Notes: generated by a model from the letters alone, not told the origin. 64,000 nucleotides of DNA from Minisyncoccota bacterium (GCA_023229865.1 JALNYL010000005.1:4422-68421), one strand, 5' to 3'; positions 47,292 through 57,757 are shown, counted from the first letter of the stretch. Program-made: numbers and translations.

Positions 47292-48162
47292 TGGGAATTT
47301 TCACACTGACGAAGTTTTTGCGTGCGCGGTGCTTTCACTCGTAAACGATGGCAATGTGGAGATCGTGCGCAGTCGCGACCCTGAGGTGTGGGCGACGGGG
47401 GATTATGTCGTGGATGTGGGTGGTGAGTATGATGTGGTTCGTGGGAGATATGACCATCACCAGCAGGGTGGTGCAGGGACGCGTGAAAATGGCATCCCAT
47501 ATTCTTCTATTGGAATAGTATGGAAAGAGTTTGGAGAGGCTTTGTGTGGAGACGCTCAGTCCGCGCAGCGCATTGATGAGAAACTCGTGCAGCCAGTAGA
47601 TATGGCGGATAATGGCGTTGATTCGTTTAATCTCACCGAGCAGAAAGTTTTTCCATATCTCTTGCATCACGTCGTCACCGCATTTCGTCCTACGTGGAAG
47701 GAAGAAGAAAATGGAACACTTTCGTTTGATGGGGGGTTTGCGCGTGCGGTCGAAATTGCAAAACAAGTTATCGTGCGCGAGATTACGCTTGCGAAGGATC
47801 AGCGCGAGGGGGAAAGAATTGTCGCGGACCTTTATGAAAAATCAGAAGACAAGCGCATCATCGTGATCGACGGGCAGTATCCTTGGGAGTGGATACTCAC
47901 ACAATTCCCTGAGCCTCTTTACATCGTAAAGCCTGATCATGAAAACGGTGGCAAGTGGAAAGTAAAAACAGTGCGCAATAGCGTCGATTCTTTTGAATCG
48001 CGAAAACTTTTGCCTGAATCATGGGCAGGGAAGCGTGATCAGGAATTTGTAGAAATAACGGGTGTTGCCGATGCCTTTTTCTGTCACAATAAGCGCTTCA
48101 TTGCCGGCGCTGGCTCAAAAGAGGGCGCGCTTGCGCTCGCAAAATTAGCCCTTGATGCGTAG
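47245..48162 (+). CDS. MYG1 family exonuclease/hydrolase
   Basis: THSGNFHTDE, DVGG.YD....DHHQ, D..DNG, FCH..RFI. Confidence 0.9.
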   Translation: MNATNTKNSKRIITHSGNFHTDEVFACAVLSLVNDGNVEIVRSRDPEVWATGDYVVDVGGEYDVVRGRYDHHQQGGAGTRENGIPYSSIGIVWKEFGEALCGDAQSAQRIDEKLVQPVDMADNGVDSFNLTEQKVFPYLLHHVVTAFRPTWKEEENGTLSFDGGFARAVEIAKQVIVREITLAKDQREGERIVADLYEKSEDKRIIVIDGQYPWEWILTQFPEPLYIVKPDHENGGKWKVKTVRNSVDSFESRKLLPESWAGKRDQEFVEITGVADAFFCHNKRFIAGAGSKEGALALAKLALDA

Positions 48163-48267
48163 TGTGTTTTTCTGCATACTTGCGGAAAATCCGGTTTCGT
48201 GTTACTTTTAGCGCTCAATATTACTTAACGTACACATTCGGCGTACACTTCTAATTTTAAAAATATT

Positions 48268-49251
48268 ATGGCTTTCGTTGATGAAATGACAATGCATATG
48301 AAGGCAGGTGACGGCGGAAACGGCGTTATGCGTCTTAAGCACGAGAAAGGCAAGGAATTTGCTGGGCCTTCTGGTGGTGACGGTGGTAAGGGTGGGGATG
48401 TGTACATCCACGCTGTTCGTGATGTGCATATTCTCCTCAAGTATCGTCACGAGAAGGATTTTGCCGCAGAGCGCGCAGGAGATGGTGGAAACGACAGTAT
48501 GCACGGCCGCAACGGCGATGACTTCGTTTTGGATTTGCCTATTGGCTCTATTGTGACCAATGTTGACTCAGGCGAAACCTACGAGCTTCTGCATGAAGAT
48601 CAGAAGATTCTCGTGCTTAAGGGTGGACGTGGTGGATTTGGTAATGAGCACTTCAAGACATCGACGAACCGTACGCCAAAGGAGCATGTGCCAGGGATGA
48701 AGGGGTTGGAGGCTGATTTTAAAGTCGAGCTTCAAATCGTTGCAGACCTCGGTCTTGTTGGGTTGCCAAACGCTGGCAAGTCATCTCTCTTGAACACACT
48801 TACGCGTGCGGGGGCGAAGACTGCGGACTATGCGTTTACTACACTTGAGCCAAACTTGGGAGAGTGTTATGGATTTATTATTGCAGACATCCCAGGTCTT
48901 ATCGAAGGTGCGTCAGAGGGTCGTGGACTCGGTCATAAGTTCCTCCGCCACGTGAAGCGTACACACGTACTCGCACATTTGGTATCACTCGAGAATGAGA
49001 ATCCTCTTGAGGTGTACAAGACCGTGCGCAAGGAGCTTGAAGCTTTCGATAAAGAGCTCGCGTCAAAGCACGAGATCATTGTCCTTACGAAGACTGATAT
49101 GGTAACTCCTGAGCGTGTGAAGGAAGTGGGAAAAGAAATGAAGAAGGCTTGCCCTGAATCGGAAATCTTCACTATCACTATCCTCGACGATGAAGGAATG
49201 AAGAAGTTCCAAGATGATCTTTTGAAACTATTGAAGGAAGCGGATAAATAA
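48268..49251 (+). CDS. obgE: GTPase Obg
   Basis: GDGGNG, GGDGGKGG, GLPNAGKSS, FTTLEP, DIPGL, TKTD. Confidence 0.97.
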   Translation: MAFVDEMTMHMKAGDGGNGVMRLKHEKGKEFAGPSGGDGGKGGDVYIHAVRDVHILLKYRHEKDFAAERAGDGGNDSMHGRNGDDFVLDLPIGSIVTNVDSGETYELLHEDQKILVLKGGRGGFGNEHFKTSTNRTPKEHVPGMKGLEADFKVELQIVADLGLVGLPNAGKSSLLNTLTRAGAKTADYAFTTLEPNLGECYGFIIADIPGLIEGASEGRGLGHKFLRHVKRTHVLAHLVSLENENPLEVYKTVRKELEAFDKELASKHEIIVLTKTDMVTPERVKEVGKEMKKACPESEIFTITILDDEGMKKFQDDLLKLLKEADK

Positions 49252-49263
49252 GGGGAATTTGGT

Positions 49264-49308
49264 AAAACAAAGGGTCGGGAACGCATTGCGTTCCCGACCC
49301 TTTGTTTT
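49264..49308. terminator. Long perfect hairpin / terminator
   Basis: AAAACAAAGGGTCGGGAACGC-ATT-GCGTTCCCGACCCTTTGTTTT. Confidence 0.8.
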
Positions 49309-49353
49309 GAGGGAGGATTATCGTCGTGATAATTTTATGCTACAATCTCCCTT

Positions 49354-50766
49354 ATGAGTTACAAACTTACCGTGGGGCTCGAGGTTCATGCCGAGCTCAA
49401 GACAAAAACAAAGATGTTCTGCAATTCGGCGAACGACCCCTTCAATTCTGAGCCGAATGTGAATATTTGTCCTGTGTGTATGGCGCACCCGGGGACCTTG
49501 CCCGTGATCAACAAGCAGGCGGTGCGTCACGTACTCCGCGTGGGGACAGCGCTCGGCTCTAACCTCGCTGATTTCACCGAGTTTGACCGCAAGAACTATT
49601 TTTACCCCGACATTCCAAAGGGCTATCAAATCAGCCAGTACAAATATCCACTCGTATCAAATGGCGTGCTTGCGGGGATTGCTATTGAACGTGTGCATCT
49701 CGAGGAAGACACCGCGAGCTCGTCGCATGAAGGAAGTGAGGGGAGTCTCGTCGACTACAATCGCGCAGGCGTACCCCTCATGGAGCTTGTAACGAAGCCC
49801 GTCATTCACAGCGCTGAAGACGCAGGGCGTTTTGCACGTGAGCTTCAGCTTCTCCTCCGCACACTCGGTGTGTCAGATGCAAACATGGAGAAAGGAGAGA
49901 TGCGCGTGGAAGCAAACATTTCAATATCAAAGACAGATAAGCTTGGTACGAAAGTGGAAGTGAAAAACTTGAACTCATTCCGCTCAGTAGAGCGCGCTAT
50001 CGCGTACGAGGTTGAGCGCATGACGCGTATCCTCGATGGTGGCGAAGGGGAGATCGTACAGGAGACACGTGGTTGGGACGAGGTTGCTCAGAAAACATTT
50101 TCACAGCGCAAGAAGGAGTCAGCACATGACTACCGCTATTTCCCTGATCCAGATTTACCAAAGCTCAAGATTTCAGAAATTCCTGAATTTTCAAATGAAG
50201 CTTTGAAGGCGACAATGCCTGAGCTTCCTTGGGAGAAGCGTGAGCGACTCGTGCGTGAGTATGGTGTGAAGCCAGAAAATGCGGAAGCGTTTACCGTAGA
50301 TAGCAAACTCGGCGGACTTTTTGAGGAGGCTGTTCTCGCAACAGACTCTGACCTCTCGGTGGTCACGCTTCTCGAAAACTACATTACGTCGGACCTCGTA
50401 GGACTTATGAAAGGGAGCGATTCTTTTGGTGGTATCACAGGCGCGACACTTGCCGAACTCGTGCTTATGATCAAGGCAGGTGACCTCTCATCACGTGGAG
50501 CAAAGGATACGCTCGCGATAATGTATGCCGAAGGTGGTGAGTCACGCGCAATCGCAGAGAAAAATAATTTCATCCAGAAGAACGATATTGAGGCACTCAA
50601 GAAAATTGTTGAGGAAGCAATCTCTGCAAACCCAACCGTTGTCGCTGACTACAAGTCTGGCAAGGTTGCACTCATTCAATTCTTCGTAGGGCAGGGGATG
50701 AAAGCATCAAAAGGATCAGGCAATCCTGCAATCCTCAAGCAACTCTTTGAAGAGGGATTGAAGTAA
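49354..50766 (+). CDS. gatB: Asp/Glu-tRNA amidotransferase subunit B
   Basis: GLEVH, FDRKNYFYPD.PKGYQISQ, HLEED, DYRYFPDPDLP. Confidence 0.97.
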   Translation: MSYKLTVGLEVHAELKTKTKMFCNSANDPFNSEPNVNICPVCMAHPGTLPVINKQAVRHVLRVGTALGSNLADFTEFDRKNYFYPDIPKGYQISQYKYPLVSNGVLAGIAIERVHLEEDTASSSHEGSEGSLVDYNRAGVPLMELVTKPVIHSAEDAGRFARELQLLLRTLGVSDANMEKGEMRVEANISISKTDKLGTKVEVKNLNSFRSVERAIAYEVERMTRILDGGEGEIVQETRGWDEVAQKTFSQRKKESAHDYRYFPDPDLPKLKISEIPEFSNEALKATMPELPWEKRERLVREYGVKPENAEAFTVDSKLGGLFEEAVLATDSDLSVVTLLENYITSDLVGLMKGSDSFGGITGATLAELVLMIKAGDLSSRGAKDTLAIMYAEGGESRAIAEKNNFIQKNDIEALKKIVEEAISANPTVVADYKSGKVALIQFFVGQGMKASKGSGNPAILKQLFEEGLK

Positions 50767-50858
50767 AAAATCAAAAAAGGCACGGTGTTCGTGCCTTTTT
50801 TGCTGTGTATGGTAAAATATCCAGATAGTTTTAATCATTTTAACAACAATAAATCAGC

Positions 50859-51908
50859 ATGAGAAAAGTACGAGTAGCTATTAACGGGTTTGGGCGCATT
50901 GGACGCGCGTTTTATAAGTTGGCACGCACACGTCCTGAGTTTGAGATTGTGGCAGTGAACGACCTTGGCGACCCTGAGAACATGGCATACCTCCTCAAGT
51001 ACGACACTGCGTACGGCAAGGCTGATTTTGAAGTGACCGTAGTTCCTCCTGCAGAAAGTGAGGAACCAGGATTCATTGTTGGTGGACACAAAGTTCTCCT
51101 CATTCAAGAAAAAGATGCAACCAAGCTCCCTTGGGCGAAGCACAATATTGATATCGTGGTGGAGTCGACAGGTTTCTTTACAAGCTATGAGAAATCAAAA
51201 GTACATCTCGACGCAGGTGCAAAGCGTGTGGTCATCACCGCTCCTGTAAAAGGAGAGGCAGTTGTTCCTGGCATCACTGGCGTGACGGTGCTTATGGGTA
51301 TCAATGAAGAGCTCCTCTCAACGTGTGATATCTCATCAAACGCATCATGTACAACCAATGCAGCATCACCACTCATCCACATTCTTCATGAGGCTATTGG
51401 TATTGAGAAAGCACTCCTCAACACGACACACGCATACACAGGGACGCAGAAGATCGTCGATGGTCCTGGAGGAAAGGATCTCCGTGGTGGACGTGCTGCT
51501 GCACAGAATATGATCCCTGGTTCAACAGGGGCAGCTATTGCGGTAACTGAGGCGGTGCCAGATCTCATTGGGAAGTTTGATGGTATTGCAATCCGCGTGC
51601 CGGTGATTGCGGGCTCAATCGCAGACATTACCTTCATCGCAAAGCGCAACACTTCAGCAGAAGAAGTGAACCAGATTCTCCGCGATGCTGCAAAGGACCC
51701 TCGCTGGGAAGGAGTCTTCACGGTAAGTGAGGAACCTATTGTATCTTCGGATATCGTGGGCGAGCTCTATGGAGCTATTGCTGACCTTGAGATGACACGC
51801 GTAGCTGATGGCAATCTTGTGAAGGTGCTCTCATGGTATGACAATGAAATGGGTTACACTAACACACTTGTAAAGCACGTAGCAAAGGTAGCAAGCCATC
51901 TAGAATAA
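50859..51908 (+). CDS. gap: Type I glyceraldehyde-3-phosphate dehydrogenase
   Basis: INGFGRIGR, SNASCTTN, WYDNEMGY. Confidence 0.97.
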   Translation: MRKVRVAINGFGRIGRAFYKLARTRPEFEIVAVNDLGDPENMAYLLKYDTAYGKADFEVTVVPPAESEEPGFIVGGHKVLLIQEKDATKLPWAKHNIDIVVESTGFFTSYEKSKVHLDAGAKRVVITAPVKGEAVVPGITGVTVLMGINEELLSTCDISSNASCTTNAASPLIHILHEAIGIEKALLNTTHAYTGTQKIVDGPGGKDLRGGRAAAQNMIPGSTGAAIAVTEAVPDLIGKFDGIAIRVPVIAGSIADITFIAKRNTSAEEVNQILRDAAKDPRWEGVFTVSEEPIVSSDIVGELYGAIADLEMTRVADGNLVKVLSWYDNEMGYTNTLVKHVAKVASHLE

Positions 51909-51913
51909 TATTT

Positions 51914-52354
51914 ATGAGGATTTTCATCGGCACCGATCACGCAGGGTTTGAACTCAAGGAAGCACTTGTACCTTTCTTGCGCGAGCTTGGACATGATGTA
52001 GAAGATATGGGCGCGCACACCTTTGAGGCGCTTGATGATTATCCTGATTTTATTCGTCCTGTTGCAGAAGCGGTTGCAAATGATTTGGAATCTCGCGGAA
52101 TCATCCTCGGTGGTTCGGGGCAAGGGGAGGCAATGTGTGCAAATCGGGTGAAAGGTATTCGCGCTGCAGTGTACTACGGTGGGCCGTTTGATATTGCTGT
52201 CCTTTCTCGCGAACACAACGACGCAAACATTCTTTCACTTGGGGCACGATTTGTGACAGAAGATGAAACAAGGGAAGTAGTGCGCGTGTGGCTCGAGACG
52301 GCGTTTAGTGGTGAGGAAAAGCACGCGCGAAGAATTGCGAAGCTTGATAAATAA
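51914..52354 (+). CDS. rpiB: Ribose-5-phosphate isomerase B
   Basis: DHAGFELK, DYPD, GSGQGE, REHNDAN..LGAR. Confidence 0.9.
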   Translation: MRIFIGTDHAGFELKEALVPFLRELGHDVEDMGAHTFEALDDYPDFIRPVAEAVANDLESRGIILGGSGQGEAMCANRVKGIRAAVYYGGPFDIAVLSREHNDANILSLGARFVTEDETREVVRVWLETAFSGEEKHARRIAKLDK

Positions 52355-52359
52355 AAACC

Positions 52360-53031
52360 ATGATTGAAATTATTCCCGCAATAATGCCACGTGACTACGA
52401 TGACCTCGATGAAAAGATGAGTCTTTTTGTGAACGTCGTGCCACTTGTCCAGCTCGATATTATGGATGGCAAATTTGTGCCTGCACGGACGTGGCCGTAT
52501 CCGCGCGACCCACACTTCGATGCCTTGATGACTGAAGAGGAGGGGATGCCGTCGTGGGAAGATATTAACTTTGAAGCGGACTTGATGATTAAAGATCCCG
52601 AGCTCTGGGTTGCAAAGTGGGTGATTGCAGGAGCAAGCCGCATCATTGTACACATCGAAGGGATGAGTGACTTCGAGACTATTCGTGCTGGGGTACCTGA
52701 GGGTTTGATCGAGCTCGGTCTTGCGATTAACACCACGACTTCACTCTCGGCAATCGAGCCATATCTCGATCGTATCGATTTCGTACAATGCATGGGGATT
52801 GCGCGCATTGGTTTCCAGGGGGAGCCATTTGATGAACGCGTACTCGACCATGTGCGCGCTATCCGCGCACTCCAACCCGAGATGCCTATTAGTATTGATG
52901 GCTCGGTAAACTTCGACACCGCGCGCGCCCTTGTGGATGCAGGAGCAACACGTCTCGTGTCGGGTTCGGCAATCCTTGAGGCAGATGACTTCGTCGGCGC
53001 TATTAACAAGTTTGAGAATTTGGTACAATAG
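52360..53031 (+). CDS. rpe: Ribulose-phosphate 3-epimerase
   Basis: DIMDGKFVP, GFQGEPF, IDGSV, GSAI. Confidence 0.85.
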   Translation: MIEIIPAIMPRDYDDLDEKMSLFVNVVPLVQLDIMDGKFVPARTWPYPRDPHFDALMTEEEGMPSWEDINFEADLMIKDPELWVAKWVIAGASRIIVHIEGMSDFETIRAGVPEGLIELGLAINTTTSLSAIEPYLDRIDFVQCMGIARIGFQGEPFDERVLDHVRAIRALQPEMPISIDGSVNFDTARALVDAGATRLVSGSAILEADDFVGAINKFENLVQ

Positions 53032-53035
53032 CCCC

Positions 53036-53905
53036 ATGACACATCTCCACGACGAAAAAACAAAGTTCCTTGAAGAGAAAGCGATTGAGATTCGCAAGTC
53101 GATCATTGAGGCGCTCGTAGAAGCAAAATCAGGACACACCGCGGGGCCTCTCGGAATGACGGATATTTTTACCGCATTCTATTTTCATATTTTGAAACAG
53201 GATCCAAAGAATCCTACTTGGGAAGATCGTGACCGCGTCGTCCTTTCAAATGGACACATTTGTCCTGTACTCTATGCGACGATGGCTCACGCAGGATATT
53301 TCCCTGTGGAGGAGCTCAAAACACTCCGCAAATTCGGCTCACGCCTCCAAGGACATCCTCATCGTGAATATCTTCCCATGCTTGAGACAAGCTCGGGCCC
53401 ACTCGGGCAGGGGCTTTCACAGGCGGTCGGTATGGCGCTCGTTGATCGTCTTGATCGCGGACAGAATACCAATAGAACCGTGTACTGTTTCTTGGGGGAC
53501 GGTGAGCTCAATGAAGGACAGGTATGGGAAGCAGCAATGCTCGCAGGGAAGGAGAAGCTCCACAACCTTGTCGCAATCGTCGATCGCAATAATATTCAAA
53601 TCGACGGATACACAGAAAATGTGATGCCGCTCGAACCGCTCGCACTCAAGTGGGCATCGTTTGGTTGGCACGTGCTTGAGATCGACGGACACAATATGGC
53701 AGCCATCGTAGACGCCGTCGACGCAGCACGCGCAATTTTTGAAAAGCCGTCAGTGATCATTGCACACACAACCCCTGGTAAGGGGGTGGAGATGTTTGAG
53801 AATGACTACAAGTGGCACGGCAACCCCCCTAATAAAGAGCAGGGAGAGAATGCTCTTGCGGAGCTTCGCACACTTGGAGGGCAAATTGATAGTGAGCATC
53901 AATAA
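53036..53905 (+). CDS. Transketolase N-terminal subunit
   Basis: SGH, LSNGH, LQGHP, GDGELNEG, DRNN. Confidence 0.95.
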   Translation: MTHLHDEKTKFLEEKAIEIRKSIIEALVEAKSGHTAGPLGMTDIFTAFYFHILKQDPKNPTWEDRDRVVLSNGHICPVLYATMAHAGYFPVEELKTLRKFGSRLQGHPHREYLPMLETSSGPLGQGLSQAVGMALVDRLDRGQNTNRTVYCFLGDGELNEGQVWEAAMLAGKEKLHNLVAIVDRNNIQIDGYTENVMPLEPLALKWASFGWHVLEIDGHNMAAIVDAVDAARAIFEKPSVIIAHTTPGKGVEMFENDYKWHGNPPNKEQGENALAELRTLGGQIDSEHQ

Positions 53906-53906
53906 A

Positions 53907-54347
53907 ATGAACAATAAGAAGTCACAGCATTTTGTCTCAGTACTCGTGCTTTTTTTGACCAGAGTTGGTTTTGTTGTTTTGACCCCATTTTTAACCGCAA
54001 CATCTGTTTTTTTGTTTGGCACAGATTCAGTAATGGTTGAAGAATACTCACTCACTCTTCCCTTGATGTTTGAATTTTTTTCATTATTTGTCGCACTTCC
54101 ATTACTTTTAATACTCAGTTTTGTTAGGAAACCAAGGTTCTATGTGAGTACCTTTTTGGCAAATATTTTTGCAGCAACACCTTTTATTTTTGGTATTGCC
54201 TTGTTTGGAGGTTTTATGAAGTTCCCATACGTTACACAAATTTTTGCGCTTAAGGCAACTCTTTCCCCGGCAATAATCTCATTTATTTTTGGAGTTATTA
54301 TCAATTATCATTTCAAAAAAAAGCAAAATGAAGTAGAATCTAAATAA
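53907..54347 (+). CDS. Hydrophobic membrane protein inserted between the transketolase halves
   Basis: T-rich, about 4 TM; 1-nt gaps to both neighbours. Confidence 0.75.
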   Translation: MNNKKSQHFVSVLVLFLTRVGFVVLTPFLTATSVFLFGTDSVMVEEYSLTLPLMFEFFSLFVALPLLLILSFVRKPRFYVSTFLANIFAATPFIFGIALFGGFMKFPYVTQIFALKATLSPAIISFIFGVIINYHFKKKQNEVESK

Positions 54348-54348
54348 C

Positions 54349-55317
54349 ATGACCCCACTTAATCCAAAACTTTTTGATACTGACGTAGAGCAAGCTCCTA
54401 TTCGTGCTGGCTTTGGCGAGGGGCTCGTGCTTGCGGGACGTGCAGATGATCGCGTCGTCGCCATGTGTTGTGACCTCACGGAATCGACCAAGATGGATGC
54501 ATTTGCAAAAGAATTTCCAAAGCGATTTTTTGAAATGGGGATTATGGAGCAGTCATCGATTTCAGTTGCATCAGGGATGGCAGCGATGGGAAAGGTTCCT
54601 TTTGTCTCGTCATACGCGATGTTTTCTCCAGGACGTAGCTGGGAGCAGATTCGTACAACGGTTTGTTATAATGATCGTCCGGTAAAAATCGTTGGTTCGC
54701 ACGCGGGGATCTCTGTTGGGCCTGATGGAGGGACCCATCAAGCGATTGAGGATATCGCTATCACACGTGTTCTTCCTAATATGACCGTCATCGCTCCGTG
54801 TGACAGTATTGAAGCGCGCAAAGCAACTCTCGCAATGGCAAAAACAAATTCGCCAACCTATATTCGTCTCGCGCGCGAGAAGACACCTATCGTTACTACG
54901 GAAGAAACGCCATTTGAAATAGGGAAGGCACAAGAATTTTTCCGCACCGAAAGTCCCAAGGTTGGCATTATTGCATGTGGTGGACTCGTTTACAATGCGC
55001 TTGTGGCGGCAAAAGAGCTTCAGGCCGAGGGAGTTAACACTGTTGTGCTCAATATAGCAACGATCAAGCCACTTGATCGTGATGCGGTGATTGCACTTGC
55101 AAAAGAATGCAATGCTATCGTCTCTGTAGAGGAGCATCAGGTCGCAGGAGGTCTTGGCTCGGCTATTGCAGAAGTTCTCGCCGTAGAGCATCCAACAAAG
55201 ATGGCATTCATCGGTGTGCATGATAAGTTTGGCCAGTCAGGTACGCCAACAGAGCTCATTGAGCACTACGGTATGGGGATTAGTCATATCAAGGAGGCAG
55301 TTAAAAAACTTTTGTAA
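54349..55317 (+). CDS. Transketolase C-terminal subunit
   Basis: GIMEQ, GPDGGTHQ, EEHQ..GGLG. Confidence 0.95.
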   Translation: MTPLNPKLFDTDVEQAPIRAGFGEGLVLAGRADDRVVAMCCDLTESTKMDAFAKEFPKRFFEMGIMEQSSISVASGMAAMGKVPFVSSYAMFSPGRSWEQIRTTVCYNDRPVKIVGSHAGISVGPDGGTHQAIEDIAITRVLPNMTVIAPCDSIEARKATLAMAKTNSPTYIRLAREKTPIVTTEETPFEIGKAQEFFRTESPKVGIIACGGLVYNALVAAKELQAEGVNTVVLNIATIKPLDRDAVIALAKECNAIVSVEEHQVAGGLGSAIAEVLAVEHPTKMAFIGVHDKFGQSGTPTELIEHYGMGISHIKEAVKKLL

Positions 55318-55328
55318 TGCGTGTAAAC

Positions 55329-55362
55329 AAAAAGAACTTCCTTTCATAGGGAAGTTCTTTTT
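55329..55362 (+). terminator. Intrinsic terminator
   Basis: AAAAAGAACTTCC/GGAAGTTCTTTTT. Confidence 0.75.
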
Positions 55363-55434
55363 CAGTAGGGGTTATCCACTGTTTGTTTCAAAAGTTCCTT
55401 GCGAAGCATGAGTGATTAAAAGTATACTGTTTGA

Positions 55435-55923
55435 ATGAACAATAAGAAAATAATTCTTATAGGTGTGGGAGGTATTATTGCTGCGCTTCTTTGTGTCCTC
55501 TTTTTTAATATGCAAAAGAGTGAGAATCTTTCCCCTCAGTCAGGGGAACAAACAACAATAAGTGCACAACCTGTAAAAACAGATTTTGGCATCAGTGTGC
55601 CAGCCGACTTTCCTGCCGATATTCCTACAGAGAAAGGAGCGAAGGTTGAACAGAGCTATAGTTTAAACTATGCTAACCAGAAGCAGCTCACCATTGTTTT
55701 CCTTTCTGCAAAAACGGTAAAAGAAAATTATAATCTCTATGCAGATTTTCTTAAAAAACAGAATTGGAGCGTTGCCAATACTTACGAAGGGATACCAGTT
55801 TCTTCTCTTTATGCTACAAAGGAAAACAATGACATTAATATAACTATTAGCGAAAACATCTCGACCCCAATGATTAAATCACAGGTAAGTATTAGTGTAT
55901 TAAAAAATGAAAAATCAAATTAA
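55435..55923 (+). CDS. Membrane-anchored hypothetical protein
   Basis: N-terminal TM; VPADFPADIP motif; overlaps the next gene. Confidence 0.75.
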   Translation: MNNKKIILIGVGGIIAALLCVLFFNMQKSENLSPQSGEQTTISAQPVKTDFGISVPADFPADIPTEKGAKVEQSYSLNYANQKQLTIVFLSAKTVKENYNLYADFLKKQNWSVANTYEGIPVSSLYATKENNDINITISENISTPMIKSQVSISVLKNEKSN

Positions 55924-57694
55924 TTCAGAATCAAGGTTGAGGGTTTTTCTTATCCACTCTCTGTGGGCAAAGTTTGGTTTGGGTGTTTTAGTAATTGTAG
56001 CCATCTCCTCCTTTTTAAATATTTCTTTTGCGGGGACACAAACATTTACCAATGGTGCTGGTGGCTGGGTTGCAATTCCTACTGGAGTAACAACGGTAAC
56101 TTTTGTTGCTCAAGGAGGGAATGGTTATTCTACCGGAAGTGGAAATGCTGGCGGCGGTGGTGGTGGGGCATTTGCGAGAACTGCCTCAATCCCAGTTATT
56201 TATGTTGGCGGCGGTGGTGGTGGTGTTAACGGCGGAGCAGGGGGTTCAACATCTGGTACTGGTGCTGGGCTTGGTGGATTTTCTATTAGTCCAATACCCG
56301 TTTGGTCACAATATGGGGGTAATGGGACTGAGGGCGTTGGTGGAAATGGGTGGAGCTCTTGGGGGTTCATTGCTGGGGTTGGTGGGATTGGGGATAATTC
56401 GGGAACTATTGGCGCCAGCAATGTTGGCGGCGGTGGTGGAGCTAGTGGCTTTTCTGCTGCTGGGGGCAATGGTGGGGTCCTGGGCAATCCTTATGGAATT
56501 AAATTTGGCGGTGGCGGTGGCGGTGGTTATGGCGGTGGAGGAGGTGGTGTAGGAGTGTATAATCCTAGTGGAGTTAGTGGAGGGACCCCCGCTGGCGGCG
56601 GCGGCAGCTATGCTGCTCCAGGGATGTCAGTCCCTTCTCCTTCTGGAAGATCAATTCTTCTTTCAAATATTGGGAACCCTTCTCAAATCTATCTTGGGAC
56701 AGGCCTTGGGGGTCTTAGTGATAATGGAGTCCGTGCTCAAGGGGGAACCATTACGATTTCTTGGCCCGATCCGGGTACGGTGAATGTTTCTTCAAACGTT
56801 GCCTCCTCGTGGACAATCACTGGGCCTATGACCATTGCGGGGTCGGGGATTTCACAATCTGCTCCAGCGGCTCCAGGTTCGTATACTATTACTTGGGGGA
56901 GTGTTCCTGGATACATAACTCCAACATCGCAGAGTATTTCTCTTACTCCGGGAGGAACGATCTCTTTTAATGGAAATTATATAGCACCCAATACTGCCCC
57001 TGTTGCACCAATAATCTCAGGGCCTATTACTGTTGCCGAAAATACAACGCAAACATATTCATTTGTTGCCACTGATCCACAGGGCGACCAAGTGCGTTAT
57101 GGTGTTGATTGGAATATGGACGGGGTTGCAGAAGTATGGGTCCCAGCTGGAGTATCTTACGTAAACTCTGGAACCTCTCAATCAACAACCTACAGTTGGT
57201 CCACCACGGGGATAAAGACATTCCAAGTCCTTACTCAAGATGCCCCTGGCCTCAATTCTTCATGGGCAACATATACCATTACTGTCACGTGTTCAAACGG
57301 TACCAACAACCCTCCGACTTGTACTCAGTGTCCCGACAATGAGGCTTATCAAACTTCACACTGTGTTGCTTGCGGGGGAACTGGTTGTACCGGGGTCCCT
57401 GGAGGAAGTGTTTCTGACCCAACCGGAGGACTCATTTGTAATAATGGGGCACAATCTCCTGCTTACTGCGCGGACTGCCCCGTTGGAAAAACATTAGTAG
57501 GGGGTGTTTGTGTAGATAATTGTACGAATGGGGCAACGAATCCACCAACTTGCAATGCGTGTTCCTCTGGGTATGAACTTATTCTCGGCGTCTGTACCCT
57601 TATCCCTAGTTGCGACTCTGATAATATCTGTGAAGCAGGGGAAACTATGTCTAATTGCGCCCGTGATTGTAACCCGCAATTTCAGCAGTTCTAG
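55907..57694 (+). CDS. Exported Gly-rich, Ig/PKD-like and Cys-rich repeat surface protein
   Basis: Signal/TM; GGGGG-rich region; NTAP..P...ATDPQGD..Y..DW; repeated CxNGxxxPxxC. Confidence 0.8.
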   Translation: MKNQINSESRLRVFLIHSLWAKFGLGVLVIVAISSFLNISFAGTQTFTNGAGGWVAIPTGVTTVTFVAQGGNGYSTGSGNAGGGGGGAFARTASIPVIYVGGGGGGVNGGAGGSTSGTGAGLGGFSISPIPVWSQYGGNGTEGVGGNGWSSWGFIAGVGGIGDNSGTIGASNVGGGGGASGFSAAGGNGGVLGNPYGIKFGGGGGGGYGGGGGGVGVYNPSGVSGGTPAGGGGSYAAPGMSVPSPSGRSILLSNIGNPSQIYLGTGLGGLSDNGVRAQGGTITISWPDPGTVNVSSNVASSWTITGPMTIAGSGISQSAPAAPGSYTITWGSVPGYITPTSQSISLTPGGTISFNGNYIAPNTAPVAPIISGPITVAENTTQTYSFVATDPQGDQVRYGVDWNMDGVAEVWVPAGVSYVNSGTSQSTTYSWSTTGIKTFQVLTQDAPGLNSSWATYTITVTCSNGTNNPPTCTQCPDNEAYQTSHCVACGGTGCTGVPGGSVSDPTGGLICNNGAQSPAYCADCPVGKTLVGGVCVDNCTNGATNPPTCNACSSGYELILGVCTLIPSCDSDNICEAGETMSNCARDCNPQFQQF

Positions 57695-57751
57695 AAGATG
57701 CAACAAAAATACCGACTTTATTAAAGTCGGTATTTTTGTTGCATCTTCTAG
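57691..57751. repeat. 61-bp palindrome (30-bp perfect arms) between convergent genes; probable bidirectional terminator
   Basis: CTAGAAGATGCAACAAAAATACCGACTTTA-T-TAAAGTCGGTATTTTTGTTGCATCTTCTAG. Confidence 0.9.
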
Positions 57752-57757
57752 TGTTTA

